From a virus (lineage: Duplodnaviria; Caudoviricetes), in the IMG/VR virus record IMGVR_UViG_3300046318_000439, positions 1-64,000 of that record: a stretch of 64,000 nt of DNA; one strand, 5' to 3'. Made by a program: the position numbers and the translations under genes. How positions within the stretch are numbered: the stretch's first letter is position 1; each line of letters starts with the position of its first letter. Under the pieces are notes generated by a model. It was not told the origin of the DNA. It ran no database searches and saw only the letters and a list, made by a program, of their open reading frames with translations. Positions 30,931 to 40,400 of this stretch are shown here, in pieces.

Positions 30931-31260
30931 TTACCTCGTCACATTCGGTGATATCGTAACAACACCTTCTACGATTCGTGAAATTCTTCCTAAACTATCT
31001 GTCAATTCTACATCATACACGTAGCGGCCTGCATTGAGGTTGGCTGTGGCATTAGCCGTAAGTGTTAAAATCACTCCTCCAGATTCTGGAGTTATAGTGG
31101 TACTAAAGCTAACTGCATTACTCGATGTGTAATGCTTTCTCATTTGAGCGGCTGCAGTATATCCAGTCAGATTGACGGCAGATCCGTCAGTGTCCGTTAG
31201 GAAAAGCTGAGTTGCGTATGTTGCGCCTTGATCGATGAATAGGTTCGCTTTGATAGCCAT
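30931..31260 (-). CDS. Conserved T4-like virion protein (BppU-N-like Ig fold), 109 aa
   Basis: IDQGAT..., NLTGYTAAAQMRKHYTSS, GRYVYDVEL, RIVEG.VT.SP.VT motifs. Confidence 0.7.
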   Translation of the reverse strand: MAIKANLFIDQGATYATQLFLTDTDGSAVNLTGYTAAAQMRKHYTSSNAVSFSTTITPESGGVILTLTANATANLNAGRYVYDVELTDSLGRISRIVEGVVTISPNVTR

Positions 31261-31290
31261 TTTTAAGCACTAAAGTAAGGATTCTTGTTC

Positions 31291-31298
31291 TATTTATA
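31291..31298 (-). promoter_or_regulatory. T4-type late promoter TATAAATA
   Basis: Exact T4 gp55 consensus on the minus strand, ~30 nt upstream of the ATG at 31260. Confidence 0.7.
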
Positions 31299-31319
31299 AC
31301 ACCCATAAACTCTAGTCTG

Positions 31320-31347
31320 TTGACTTTTATAGTATACTAGGTATAAT
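31320..31347 (+). promoter_or_regulatory. Sigma70-type promoter for the polysaccharide deacetylase
   Basis: TTGACT (31320-25), 16-nt spacer, TATAAT (31342-47), upstream of the ATG at 31376. Confidence 0.55.
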
Positions 31348-31375
31348 CAGCTTGTGGCTGTAAATATATAATTAT

Positions 31376-31933
31376 ATGGCTAATAATAAACCAATACTGA
31401 TGATTCACAAGATAGAAGAGGAGATGTTTAAGCTTCCTCTTCATGAGTACACCCTAACATTTGACGATGGGTTATACAATCATTATTTCTATAAAGACGC
31501 GCTGTCTCTAATACCTACTAAAAAGATATTCTTTATATCATCTAATATAGTATGTAATAGTGCTCAAAATCAAGCATTTACCACAAGCGACCTAGCGCAT
31601 GAAAAATCCAAAAATGGCAATTATGAGGATTTCATGACGGTAGATCAGATCAAAGAGATATCAAACACCCCTGATATGGAAATTGGGTGTCATTCCCATT
31701 ATCACAGCAACATTGACCACTTGTCAACGCTAGCAGATAAAATCAAGTTTATTAAGCAGGATACCAACACTTCTTTACAGTGGTTCGCAGATAATGTTGG
31801 CATCATTCCAACTAAGTATTGTTTTCCTTATAACAACGATCTGCAAGGAATGTATAAACTCGCAATACAAGATAAGTTTACGGAGTTTTACGGTCGCGAG
31901 AGAATACCAATTGAAACGCTTCTGCGTAGTTAA
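31376..31933 (+). CDS. Polysaccharide deacetylase (NodB/CE4-like), 185 aa
   Basis: LTFDDG, HSHYH and FPYN motifs. Confidence 0.8.
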   Translation: MANNKPILMIHKIEEEMFKLPLHEYTLTFDDGLYNHYFYKDALSLIPTKKIFFISSNIVCNSAQNQAFTTSDLAHEKSKNGNYEDFMTVDQIKEISNTPDMEIGCHSHYHSNIDHLSTLADKIKFIKQDTNTSLQWFADNVGIIPTKYCFPYNNDLQGMYKLAIQDKFTEFYGRERIPIETLLRS

Positions 31934-32528
31934 ATCCAGCCTGGGAACCTCTTACGGAAGCTACATTGATTACATTATCCACCGATCTGGCATCCGGATA
32001 ATTGTATAACTCAGTACTATAAAGTTCTATAGCTTTACGTTTTATCTCAATCACATCCGATATATCAGAATACACATTCGGATTGAACCCCCCAAACTGA
32101 CCCATACCCCACATTGTACTAGGCACTACTTCTGAGTAATACAATGCGTTTACGGAGGATGAGGGCTTTGGCCTTGATGCTACTAGGCAGCCTTCCGCGA
32201 CCATTCTATGATCAAGATGCACGTCATTTATACTATGAGTGTATATAATTTCTGGCGCATAATGTTGGACCACTCTGCATATATGTTCTGTAACATGTTG
32301 ATTATCAAGGCTACAGTCTGGATTGTCCCATATCAGAGGAGTAGCACCTAACAAATCACATGATAGTTGAAATGCCTGGCCTCTTTGATCTTGTACATTA
32401 GCTCCAGGCCTGTTACCATTGCAAAGAGACATAACAAGCACTTCATGCTGCTTGGCAAGTTTGCTTATTGTTCCAGACGGACCAAAAGCTTCATCATCTG
32501 GGTGTGCAAAAATAAAAGCTATTCTCAT
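31878..32528 (-). CDS. PIG-L/LmbE-family N-acetylhexosamine deacetylase, 216 aa
   Basis: AHPDDE and H.DH zinc motifs; C-terminal YAEAF. Confidence 0.88.
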   Translation of the reverse strand: MRIAFIFAHPDDEAFGPSGTISKLAKQHEVLVMSLCNGNRPGANVQDQRGQAFQLSCDLLGATPLIWDNPDCSLDNQHVTEHICRVVQHYAPEIIYTHSINDVHLDHRMVAEGCLVASRPKPSSSVNALYYSEVVPSTMWGMGQFGGFNPNVYSDISDVIEIKRKAIELYSTELYNYPDARSVDNVINVASVRGSQAGFNYAEAFQLVFSRDRKTP

Positions 32529-33451
32529 AACATTGCTTTTATAATGGCCTCTAAATTGTATCTTGGCTCATATTGAATGTGCCTTTTGATTTTATCTAAC
32601 ACCGGCACTCGATATTGAATATCCACGAACCCGCTAGAAAACGCTTGCTCATATGGCACCATTTTAATATTCGAAGATGATCCACTAACTGCGATTACCT
32701 TTTCTGCTAACTGAAGCATTGTCACAGGCTCAACATTATTACCGATATTAAACAGTTCACCATTTATCTCTGCTACCTTAATCAATGCATCAATAGCGTC
32801 GTTAATGTGACAGAATGAGCGTACTTGTTGTCCATCTCCATGAACAATCAAATCATCACCAGATTTAGCAGCATTAACGAACCTAGGAAGAACCATACCG
32901 AAATCTCCTAGTTGGCCTGGCCCTACTACATTGAAAAAACGTACAATGGTATATGGACATTCAGAGGTACGTATCATAAACTCCGTAAGAAGTTTGGATG
33001 TTGAATACGCCCAACGCGTTTTAGATGATGGTCCTATGTTAGCATTATCTTCTTCACTAAAAGGTCCTTCACCGTAAACTTCAGAAGTAGAAGAAAAAAC
33101 TACGTGAGTCTTTGCTTTATCAAACAAAGGAACTAATTTGTGGGCTAACTTTACATTATTGTAGAGTGTTTCTTTAGGCTTCTTATCTCCCAAAGCTACA
33201 CCAACCGAACCAGCCAAATGATATATCTTATCTTGCTTCTTAAATAACCTAAGGAGGACATCATCATCCATCTCGCCTAAGTCACCTTCTACAAACTCAA
33301 ATAGATTTTTATACTCAGCAAAATCTTCTTTATTGAACTTAGCTGTGTTTAAGTTATCAATTACTGTTACGCGATTTTGTCTGTCTTGTAGTAGTCTATG
33401 TACAAGATGTTGGCCGATGAAGCCCGCGCCGCCCAGAACTAAAATCTTCAT
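32525..33451 (-). CDS. NAD-dependent epimerase/dehydratase (extended SDR; UDP-glucuronate decarboxylase/ArnA-like), 308 aa
   Basis: GGAGFIG, SSTSEVYG, RWAYSTSK (YxxxK), RFFNVVGP, RSFCHIND. Confidence 0.85.
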   Translation of the reverse strand: MKILVLGGAGFIGQHLVHRLLQDRQNRVTVIDNLNTAKFNKEDFAEYKNLFEFVEGDLGEMDDDVLLRLFKKQDKIYHLAGSVGVALGDKKPKETLYNNVKLAHKLVPLFDKAKTHVVFSSTSEVYGEGPFSEEDNANIGPSSKTRWAYSTSKLLTEFMIRTSECPYTIVRFFNVVGPGQLGDFGMVLPRFVNAAKSGDDLIVHGDGQQVRSFCHINDAIDALIKVAEINGELFNIGNNVEPVTMLQLAEKVIAVSGSSSNIKMVPYEQAFSSGFVDIQYRVPVLDKIKRHIQYEPRYNLEAIIKAML

Positions 33452-34004
33452 AAATCTCTCCTAATGTAATCTCTTCAATATTAATACTTCTCAAATCAAT
33501 CAGTGCTTCTACGACCTCGTCTATATGAGCGATGTAGTGTAGAGTGTCTGGCTCGCTAGGTTTGTAAGCGTTTTTATCAACACATCTTTTTATGAAATTG
33601 CTATTATGCATTCCATAACCATACACAGATGGTATTCTATAGTTGATGTGCTTTAATGTACTATTATTTAGGTAGATCTCCATACACCGTTTTGCAACAT
33701 TATATGACCCTTGAGGTGTATCATTGATGTCTGCAGCTCCCTTAGAAGAAGCATTTATAAACAAAGCAGTTGGACATATTTGAATGGCTGCTCGTGTTGC
33801 GTCCATAATTGAATCCATCACCTCCAGTGGATTACTATTGATGCGTTCCGTAGTAGATGGAGATGCTAAGTGATATACTCTATCACATTCTATCTGAGGA
33901 AAAGGTCGACCCATAGGATGTACAACATAACCACGTTTTAGTAGTTCTTTAACTAAGTTACTTCCTATAAATCCACTAGCGCCAGTAACAACTACTTTTT
34001 CCAT
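33396..34004 (-). CDS. Short NAD-dependent epimerase/reductase (SDR), 202 aa
   Basis: Start corrected to MEKVVVTG (34004); TGASGFIG and YNVAK (YxxxK). Confidence 0.8.
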   Translation of the reverse strand: MEKVVVTGASGFIGSNLVKELLKRGYVVHPMGRPFPQIECDRVYHLASPSTTERINSNPLEVMDSIMDATRAAIQICPTALFINASSKGAADINDTPQGSYNVAKRCMEIYLNNSTLKHINYRIPSVYGYGMHNSNFIKRCVDKNAYKPSEPDTLHYIAHIDEVVEALIDLRSINIEEITLGEIYEDFSSGRRGLHRPTSCT

Positions 34005-34483
34005 ACTTCTCCATCCCACCCCAATCTAATATACCTACACCCTTTAACTTGTAATCCTTCTTTTATGTTCTTTACAAACGTCTGTCGGTCTGGTGGATCA
34101 AAAAGTGGTATGTCTAAAGCCTGCATTAACAATTGATCATCATCCAATAAATGACCTCTTCCGCAAATAGAATAACAACCATTAGATCCAGCATTGACAA
34201 ATATTACCGATCCGTGGTGCTCTGCCCAACCTTTAACATTCAATTTTATTTGCTCGTAGGCTTTGTATAAAACAAATCCAGCAACTCCATATACAATCAC
34301 TCGCTTGCCCTGAGACGCTAAACCAGCTGCAATATTAACCATTGTAGGTTCTTGTATTCCGCAGTTAATCACTCTTTCAGGATATCTACTTACAAACTTT
34401 TTAAATCCCCACATATCAGCATGTAGAAGATAAATGTCATTATTTCCCGCTCTAGCTAAGAATGTGTCCAAAGTACTTCTCAT
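33992..34483 (-). CDS. Transketolase-like, pyrimidine-binding subunit, 163 aa
   Basis: PERVINCGIQEPTMVNIAAGLA..G motif. Confidence 0.8.
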   Translation of the reverse strand: MRSTLDTFLARAGNNDIYLLHADMWGFKKFVSRYPERVINCGIQEPTMVNIAAGLASQGKRVIVYGVAGFVLYKAYEQIKLNVKGWAEHHGSVIFVNAGSNGCYSICGRGHLLDDDQLLMQALDIPLFDPPDRQTFVKNIKEGLQVKGCRYIRLGWDGEVWKK

Positions 34484-35175
34484 AACATACTATCCAATTC
34501 TTCTTGTGTGCTAATTTTTCTATAATGCCATTTCTGTACATTTTCCGACATGCATTGCACGCCGTTACCCTTCGTTGTATTGCAGAACACCACATTGGGG
34601 TGGTGACTGCACAGGTGGTCGAACGCTTTCCTCAATTCCTGCTTATTATGCCCATCTACCTCTTGTACACTCCAGCCGTAGTTATCAAAGAAAGATTTGC
34701 ACGGATCAATCGAAACAATGTCCTTTGTACAACCAGTGACCTGAGCGTTATTATTATCAATGGTTACAAAAATGTTACTAATCTTATGTTGACCTATAAA
34801 CTGTATCGCTTCTAAAATATTGCCCATTTGAAGACTTGCATCACTAAGATTCACCCAAACACGTTTAGGATTTACTAAAGCGATTCCAATTGCAACTCCA
34901 AGAGCATTACCGATTGTTTCGTCAGCATAATCTACAAATGATATTTCATCATGCTTAACTCCAACATTCAGTTGTTCAATATTGTCGATTAACCCCATAT
35001 CCTTCCACACGAGATAATATGCCTGAGCTCCAAACGGTTTTCCAATTACAATACCATCCGTGGGTTTGACATACTGATCTTTAAATAAAACCTCAATGTA
35101 ATCCAACATACTTAATGCTGAAGGTATGTGAGATAGTTTATTGTGGTATGAGTAGGTTAGTAATTTATTCTTCAA
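34480..35175 (-). CDS. Transketolase-like, ThDP-binding N-terminal subunit, 231 aa
   Basis: HIPSALS, SDASLQMG...EA...IDNN, GW.V.EVDGH, TTKG.GV..WH; TTG start overlapping the upstream stop. Confidence 0.8.
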   Translation of the reverse strand: MKNKLLTYSYHNKLSHIPSALSMLDYIEVLFKDQYVKPTDGIVIGKPFGAQAYYLVWKDMGLIDNIEQLNVGVKHDEISFVDYADETIGNALGVAIGIALVNPKRVWVNLSDASLQMGNILEAIQFIGQHKISNIFVTIDNNNAQVTGCTKDIVSIDPCKSFFDNYGWSVQEVDGHNKQELRKAFDHLCSHHPNVVFCNTTKGNGVQCMSENVQKWHYRKISTQEELDSML

Positions 35176-36193
35176 TTTGTTTTGGGGGCTTCACTTTATT
35201 AACATAATAATCGCCAGAGCAAATATCCCAGCGACATATTGAACCACTATTATGCAATATTACCATTTTGGTTACTGCTAGGGGATCAGTTACTAAATTA
35301 GTATAAACATCTTTTGGATTCTGCTCTTGCAGGAAGTTGGTCATTGGTCTAGAGCACACAAATACATTACCATCTCCATTTAGATACATGGTGCGCTTAC
35401 CCGCATCGCATTGCCATCCAGTAAAATCAACCCCTCGTTTAAATAGATCATTAGTTGAATATTCAACTCCATCCACTTTATACATTCGTTGGGTTTTGTT
35501 GTGTTTTTTGTAGAAAGCTAAATGACTGTCTCTAATATCATCACTATATTCGTAAGCGTAATAATCGTATATCATCTCACTATTTAATATATTTTTATAT
35601 TGTAAATACTTCTCTACTCTTTCATAGAACTCATTCAATAATTCTTTAGGTATATTTTCCAACATAATATCTAGATTGTATATTGGAATACCCTTAGCTT
35701 CAAGCATCGCAAAGTTATCTTCAAAGTCTTTCAGCTTATATCCGCCACCACGCGTTTTCAATTCCATGAAGTGGTAGGATATACCAATGCGGTCAAAAAG
35801 GTGTATGATCTTCTCTAACTTAGCTGGAGGTAAAGACAAATTGGTTTGCATTTCAATAAACGCTTCTATTCCAGTTTCTTTTGACTTTTGTTTAATGTAG
35901 GATAAAATGTCATACACTCTGTTATGCCGGGTTGCCTCTCCTCCATGGCAATAAAACACAACTCGTTTAAACTTAACCTTGTTAAAGAATATAAACAATT
36001 TGTCTATGGATGTGATAATATCTTCATATGCATAATGCTTGCCAGAATACCAATAGCAATACTCACACTTTAAGTCGCAAGCTTCCGTGATTCGTATTTG
36101 TACGTGATACTCAGAGGCTATGGCATCAGTTCTTCTCTCGCCCTCAATAATCTCATAGCTCTTTGTTGGCTTTAATCTGCGATAGACATTCAC
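35165..36193 (-). CDS. Radical SAM protein, 342 aa
   Basis: CDLKCEYC, HGGEAT; C-terminal FTGWQC...GDGNVFVC...C; GTG start overlapping the upstream TGA. Confidence 0.85.
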   Translation of the reverse strand: MNVYRRLKPTKSYEIIEGERRTDAIASEYHVQIRITEACDLKCEYCYWYSGKHYAYEDIITSIDKLFIFFNKVKFKRVVFYCHGGEATRHNRVYDILSYIKQKSKETGIEAFIEMQTNLSLPPAKLEKIIHLFDRIGISYHFMELKTRGGGYKLKDFEDNFAMLEAKGIPIYNLDIMLENIPKELLNEFYERVEKYLQYKNILNSEMIYDYYAYEYSDDIRDSHLAFYKKHNKTQRMYKVDGVEYSTNDLFKRGVDFTGWQCDAGKRTMYLNGDGNVFVCSRPMTNFLQEQNPKDVYTNLVTDPLAVTKMVILHNSGSICRWDICSGDYYVNKVKPPKQIEE

Positions 36194-36996
36194 TGGGAGG
36201 CCTCTTTGCTTCTACTAACGTATGTCATTAGTTCTTTATAGAACTCTTCATCATTCATTTCTCGGCCTGTTATCTTGAAGCTTTTTACTCCAGCTTCCTT
36301 CAACTTTTTGAGATGAGGTGAATCGATATCCATACAGTTATATTTACTTTCTTTATTAAAGTCAAATCCTTTAATCCAACACTCCTCTACTTCCTTACTG
36401 TACGGACGACCTGCTGTGTTTTCATCTGCAATTGCCTTAAAGTGCTCATCAAACCGTGAACAATTCCAAATGCATGTATCATTCACCATCACTTCCCATT
36501 TAGTTTTATCTAGTTCTTCTGAACGCTTATCAAATATATGTTCATATCTAGGTACAATCCAGTCATAATCTTTTTCTAGTTGTTTATAGAAGTTAATGTC
36601 TTCGTCTTGTAGAGGAATATTTAACAGTCCCATTCCAGTGATACTGTATATTAAATCATATTTGGGATAGTTAGCTCTAATATATTTACGCAAATCTTCA
36701 TTAACTAAAATAATAGCGTTACCATCTTTATGAAACTTTTCCAGTAGATGATTGCCTACTGGATCATTAAGATCAATTCTATGATTAGTAAACGTGAGGG
36801 CTATACTAATACCTTTATTATAATAGTATTCAATCATACCATCATTATAGTAAATATCTCGGTTGATGCGCCCACCATTCCACTTGCATTTATTAATGCC
36901 ATCATACACAACTAGTTGATCGTTGCCGTTGTACTGAGCTAAAAACTTAATCAGAGGAATGGTTTTACTGAACGCGCCAGCTAAAAGATATCTCAT
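36190..36996 (-). CDS. Peptidase U32-like (UbiU/UbiV/TrhP-type Fe-S) protein, 268 aa
   Basis: E.MVND.C...C, later Cys residues and SFKITGRE (U32 KIEGR-like) near the C-terminus. Confidence 0.6.
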   Translation of the reverse strand: MRYLLAGAFSKTIPLIKFLAQYNGNDQLVVYDGINKCKWNGGRINRDIYYNDGMIEYYYNKGISIALTFTNHRIDLNDPVGNHLLEKFHKDGNAIILVNEDLRKYIRANYPKYDLIYSITGMGLLNIPLQDEDINFYKQLEKDYDWIVPRYEHIFDKRSEELDKTKWEVMVNDTCIWNCSRFDEHFKAIADENTAGRPYSKEVEECWIKGFDFNKESKYNCMDIDSPHLKKLKEAGVKSFKITGREMNDEEFYKELMTYVSRSKEASQ

Positions 36997-36997
36997 A

Positions 36998-37753
36998 TTA
37001 CATTAAAAAACACTTGTCGTGATTGCATATGCCATCATGCTTTGTTCGATAGCAACAATTATACAATTCTAAATTGGGTCCATATAGAAAATACTTACCA
37101 TTGTACATGCATGGCTTACCTCGAGGACTGAAGTTGGGATCTCCCCACACTTCAGAACGGAACTTGCCTAAGCGCTCTACATTTTCAAACTGAATAAACT
37201 TAGTGTAATTGGAGTCCCGTCTTAAGGCATTAAATTCTTCTAAAGCCCCATTGGATATACCATCTCCAAAGTCTGATATTGGTGTTAGAAATAAACTCGG
37301 ATGATTATCTGTTAACTCTTTCACCTTTAGATAGTATTTAATAGCTTCTTTACCAGTGTACATTACATCAATCACTTTTATGTTTACTGGATTGTTATTA
37401 AACAAATCGTCAAGCTGATCCAATCTTATCTCTGTAGGATGTATGCTTATGTTGATCTGAAATGGATGTTTGATCCGCTTCATTACAGCAACACTCTTTT
37501 TGCTAAAGTTAGTTTGTATTACAAACGGAACGCTGAACTCATTAAAACATTCTATAATATGTTCAATGTGGGGATGAATGAAAGGCTCACCTCCAAATAT
37601 AAAAACTTCTACGCCAGGATACTTTTCCCCTAATCCTTTAATAAACTCGCGGAGCACATTCTTATCCATTTCAGTGCGCAATGACTGATCTAAGTTGGTG
37701 CAGTAAAAACACCCAAAATTACATTTAAGAGTTATTTCCCATTCAACTAGCAT
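36998..37753 (-). CDS. Radical SAM protein, 251 aa
   Basis: CNFGCFYC, FGGEPF, QTN; C-terminal Cys cluster. Confidence 0.85.
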   Translation of the reverse strand: MLVEWEITLKCNFGCFYCTNLDQSLRTEMDKNVLREFIKGLGEKYPGVEVFIFGGEPFIHPHIEHIIECFNEFSVPFVIQTNFSKKSVAVMKRIKHPFQINISIHPTEIRLDQLDDLFNNNPVNIKVIDVMYTGKEAIKYYLKVKELTDNHPSLFLTPISDFGDGISNGALEEFNALRRDSNYTKFIQFENVERLGKFRSEVWGDPNFSPRGKPCMYNGKYFLYGPNLELYNCCYRTKHDGICNHDKCFLM

Positions 37754-38648
37754 CTCGCACCTTTAGTTGTTTAAGTAACCCATCGCAATTACAGGCTCGA
37801 TGAGGACACGTCATAGGAATGGTTTTAGTTATTCTTTTGAAATAGTCTGGATCATCTAATAAATTAGTACGAGCATGCTCCATACAGAATTTAATTACTC
37901 CCCCATCCACATCTATCTCATAGTTGTTATTGTAACAACTCCATCCCTTAAAGTTAGTAAGCTTCTGATTATATACTTGATAGTCATTAAACACATCATC
38001 ATCATAACATAGATCTTTTTCAAAATCTTCTAAAAACTTAAAGTACTCCCAAAAATCTTGTCTGTAGTTAAATAGCGTGTGTACGTTCTTTCCGTAAATA
38101 AAATGAGGATGAACTTTGAGACCATCAATCTTGGCACATATTTCAAACATCTCTTTTATTAAAGGCCATAATTTTTTATCATGATGAAGCATGATGTTGA
38201 CCTTACATTGATACCCACGACTTATCATCAACTTGATATTAGATATAAATCTATCTCGATCTGTACAATCAGCTGGATGATAAGAAAACAAAAAAGCTAC
38301 TCTATCACTATACTGGGGATGATCGGTGAAATCTTTCTCTGCATTAGTAACAACATATACGCGGTTAAATTTATCAATCGTGGCAAGTTGGTTTAGGATG
38401 TAATAATAATGAGGGTTGAGGGTAGGTTCTCCACCAAGCAATCCTAGATTGAATGGTAAACTACTTCGTCTTAGGGATTCAATCACCCCATCAATAACTT
38501 CTTTCTTTCCCAGCTTACCCCACTTCTCACCATACTCATTTCTAGCATAGCAGTATGAGCACTTTAACTGACAAATAGTCAAAGTATCCCAATGCACATT
38601 GATGTGATCAGGATTCTGCTGATTGTGATATTGTTTAGAGTATTTCAT
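37743..38648 (-). CDS. Radical SAM protein, 301 aa
   Basis: CQLKCSYC, LGGEPTL; C-terminal FKGWSC...C...CPHRACNCD. Start moved to MKYSKQ (38648). Confidence 0.85.
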   Translation of the reverse strand: MKYSKQYHNQQNPDHINVHWDTLTICQLKCSYCYARNEYGEKWGKLGKKEVIDGVIESLRRSSLPFNLGLLGGEPTLNPHYYYILNQLATIDKFNRVYVVTNAEKDFTDHPQYSDRVAFLFSYHPADCTDRDRFISNIKLMISRGYQCKVNIMLHHDKKLWPLIKEMFEICAKIDGLKVHPHFIYGKNVHTLFNYRQDFWEYFKFLEDFEKDLCYDDDVFNDYQVYNQKLTNFKGWSCYNNNYEIDVDGGVIKFCMEHARTNLLDDPDYFKRITKTIPMTCPHRACNCDGLLKQLKVRDAS

Positions 38649-39249
38649 TTTTAGGAAAGGAGATGTTATCTCCTCCATCTATTGTTTGGTAATATAAAAC
38701 TTTACTTAATGTTTTGATGCTGGAAGCTTTAGATGCTGCATGCATAGTTAGTTTTATGTCGTTGTGAATGTCGCCATCATTAGGAAAGTTAAAATCACAA
38801 ATCACAGACCGTTTGTATATGTGCTGAGATAGTTGTAGATGTTCTATATTAACACTATCCATAAATTCTTTAGGAGTTAACCATGCATCTTTATATAGAG
38901 TCATAAATGTTAGCATGTTTGGGGTTTCATAACGCGGACAATAATTTCCAGCGATCAAATCAGCATCTAATACTTGATCAAAGAACCCTTCTACTAAGTA
39001 ATCATCATCTTCTAAGAAATATACATACTCCCCTTGAGCTGCTGATAGTAGCAGCTGATAAACTCCACAAAGAGTATCTGTCTTATTGTAGTAATAAGTT
39101 ACTTGAGGATGGTTTATTTCCAATATATCCATACTATCATTATTAACTATAACCTCCACATCAGACGTAATTTGAGCAAGCACACTCTCTAGGCAACGAG
39201 TGAACAGCTTAGGTCTATTGTGAGTAGGTATTAGTATGGATAGCTTCAT
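38635..39249 (-). CDS. Glycosyltransferase family 2, 204 aa
   Basis: SILIPTHNRP..RCLESV..Q, A.GEYVYFLEDDD. Confidence 0.85.
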   Translation of the reverse strand: MKLSILIPTHNRPKLFTRCLESVLAQITSDVEVIVNNDSMDILEINHPQVTYYYNKTDTLCGVYQLLLSAAQGEYVYFLEDDDYLVEGFFDQVLDADLIAGNYCPRYETPNMLTFMTLYKDAWLTPKEFMDSVNIEHLQLSQHIYKRSVICDFNFPNDGDIHNDIKLTMHAASKASSIKTLSKVLYYQTIDGGDNISFPKNEIL

Positions 39250-40400
39250 CGCACATCAGTGTTTTTTCTATAGAACGTCACATACTTAATTTTATCTCCA
39301 GGTTCTGGAAATACTTCTGTATCCTTGGCTACTTCTTTCTCAATACCATCGCAAATATAAAAGTGCTTACACTTAAGACAGCTAATATCTTTTTGATAAA
39401 AACGCGCTCTATGAGTGGCACAAGCATCATACGCCAATCCAAGCTTTTCTTCTGGAGTATAAGGTTTACTAACATCGATGGTGTATGTGTACATTTCTCG
39501 ATTCCAATCCCGCACATCATAAATGTGTTGATAGGTTCCAGTGACGTACTTCTCATACCCCTTCATGTAACAGAATGGTACATATCGAACATTTACTGTG
39601 ATTCCATTTTGAAGCTTGTCAATGCATTTTTTAATACCATCTGTCATATCTTTATAAGTGGCATTTTTAAAATCGATTACATTGAAATCCCCCCAATAAT
39701 TTAACGTTAGAAAGTTAGCTTCTAATGGGTTGATAGAATTGATTAGATCTGCATATTCGTTTTCAAGTTGATGGTAATTCCTGTAATATACAGTGGCATT
39801 GGTACGAACAATCATACCAAGTTCTTTTGCGTTCTCTATTCCTTGCAATATTCTTTTGAATGAACCTTTACGTCCAGTTATTTCATCGTGAATCTCTTCG
39901 GTCGCTCCATGCAGACTAAACAATATTTCCTTTAGTCCTCTATCTTTTGACTCCTTCAAAAACTCCATATTAGCAAATTTACCACCATGCGATAAACAGC
40001 TAACACTACTAAATCTTTCATTACAATAGTCTAGTATTTGAAACCAATCTGGGCTGACGGAGCTTTCACCTCCACTAAGATCTACCTCTGTAATACCATA
40101 TGCTAGTAAATGATCTGCACGTTTCTTGACAATTTCAAAAGGAGTCTTAATATCCAACATGTCTTTATAATAGCAGAACTCACAATCATAATTGCAGAAT
40201 GTTCCAGTATCCAATCTAGCACGGTTACATGATGGAGTACTATAATCAATGTCAATACCAGCTACCCCTAACTCAGATAGAGCGTTGGGAGTGGCAGATC
40301 CAAGAGTCGCAACACGGTTTTCCGACATTCTATGCACGGCTTTATTTTCCAGCATGTTGTGGAGCTCGATAGGAATTATTTTACGAGGTTTATTACTCAT
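39246..40400 (-). CDS. Radical SAM protein with C-terminal Cys motif, 384 aa
   Basis: CNYDCEFC, SGGES, FSLHG; C-terminal CLKCKHFYICDG. Confidence 0.85.
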   Translation of the reverse strand: MSNKPRKIIPIELHNMLENKAVHRMSENRVATLGSATPNALSELGVAGIDIDYSTPSCNRARLDTGTFCNYDCEFCYYKDMLDIKTPFEIVKKRADHLLAYGITEVDLSGGESSVSPDWFQILDYCNERFSSVSCLSHGGKFANMEFLKESKDRGLKEILFSLHGATEEIHDEITGRKGSFKRILQGIENAKELGMIVRTNATVYYRNYHQLENEYADLINSINPLEANFLTLNYWGDFNVIDFKNATYKDMTDGIKKCIDKLQNGITVNVRYVPFCYMKGYEKYVTGTYQHIYDVRDWNREMYTYTIDVSKPYTPEEKLGLAYDACATHRARFYQKDISCLKCKHFYICDGIEKEVAKDTEVFPEPGDKIKYVTFYRKNTDVR

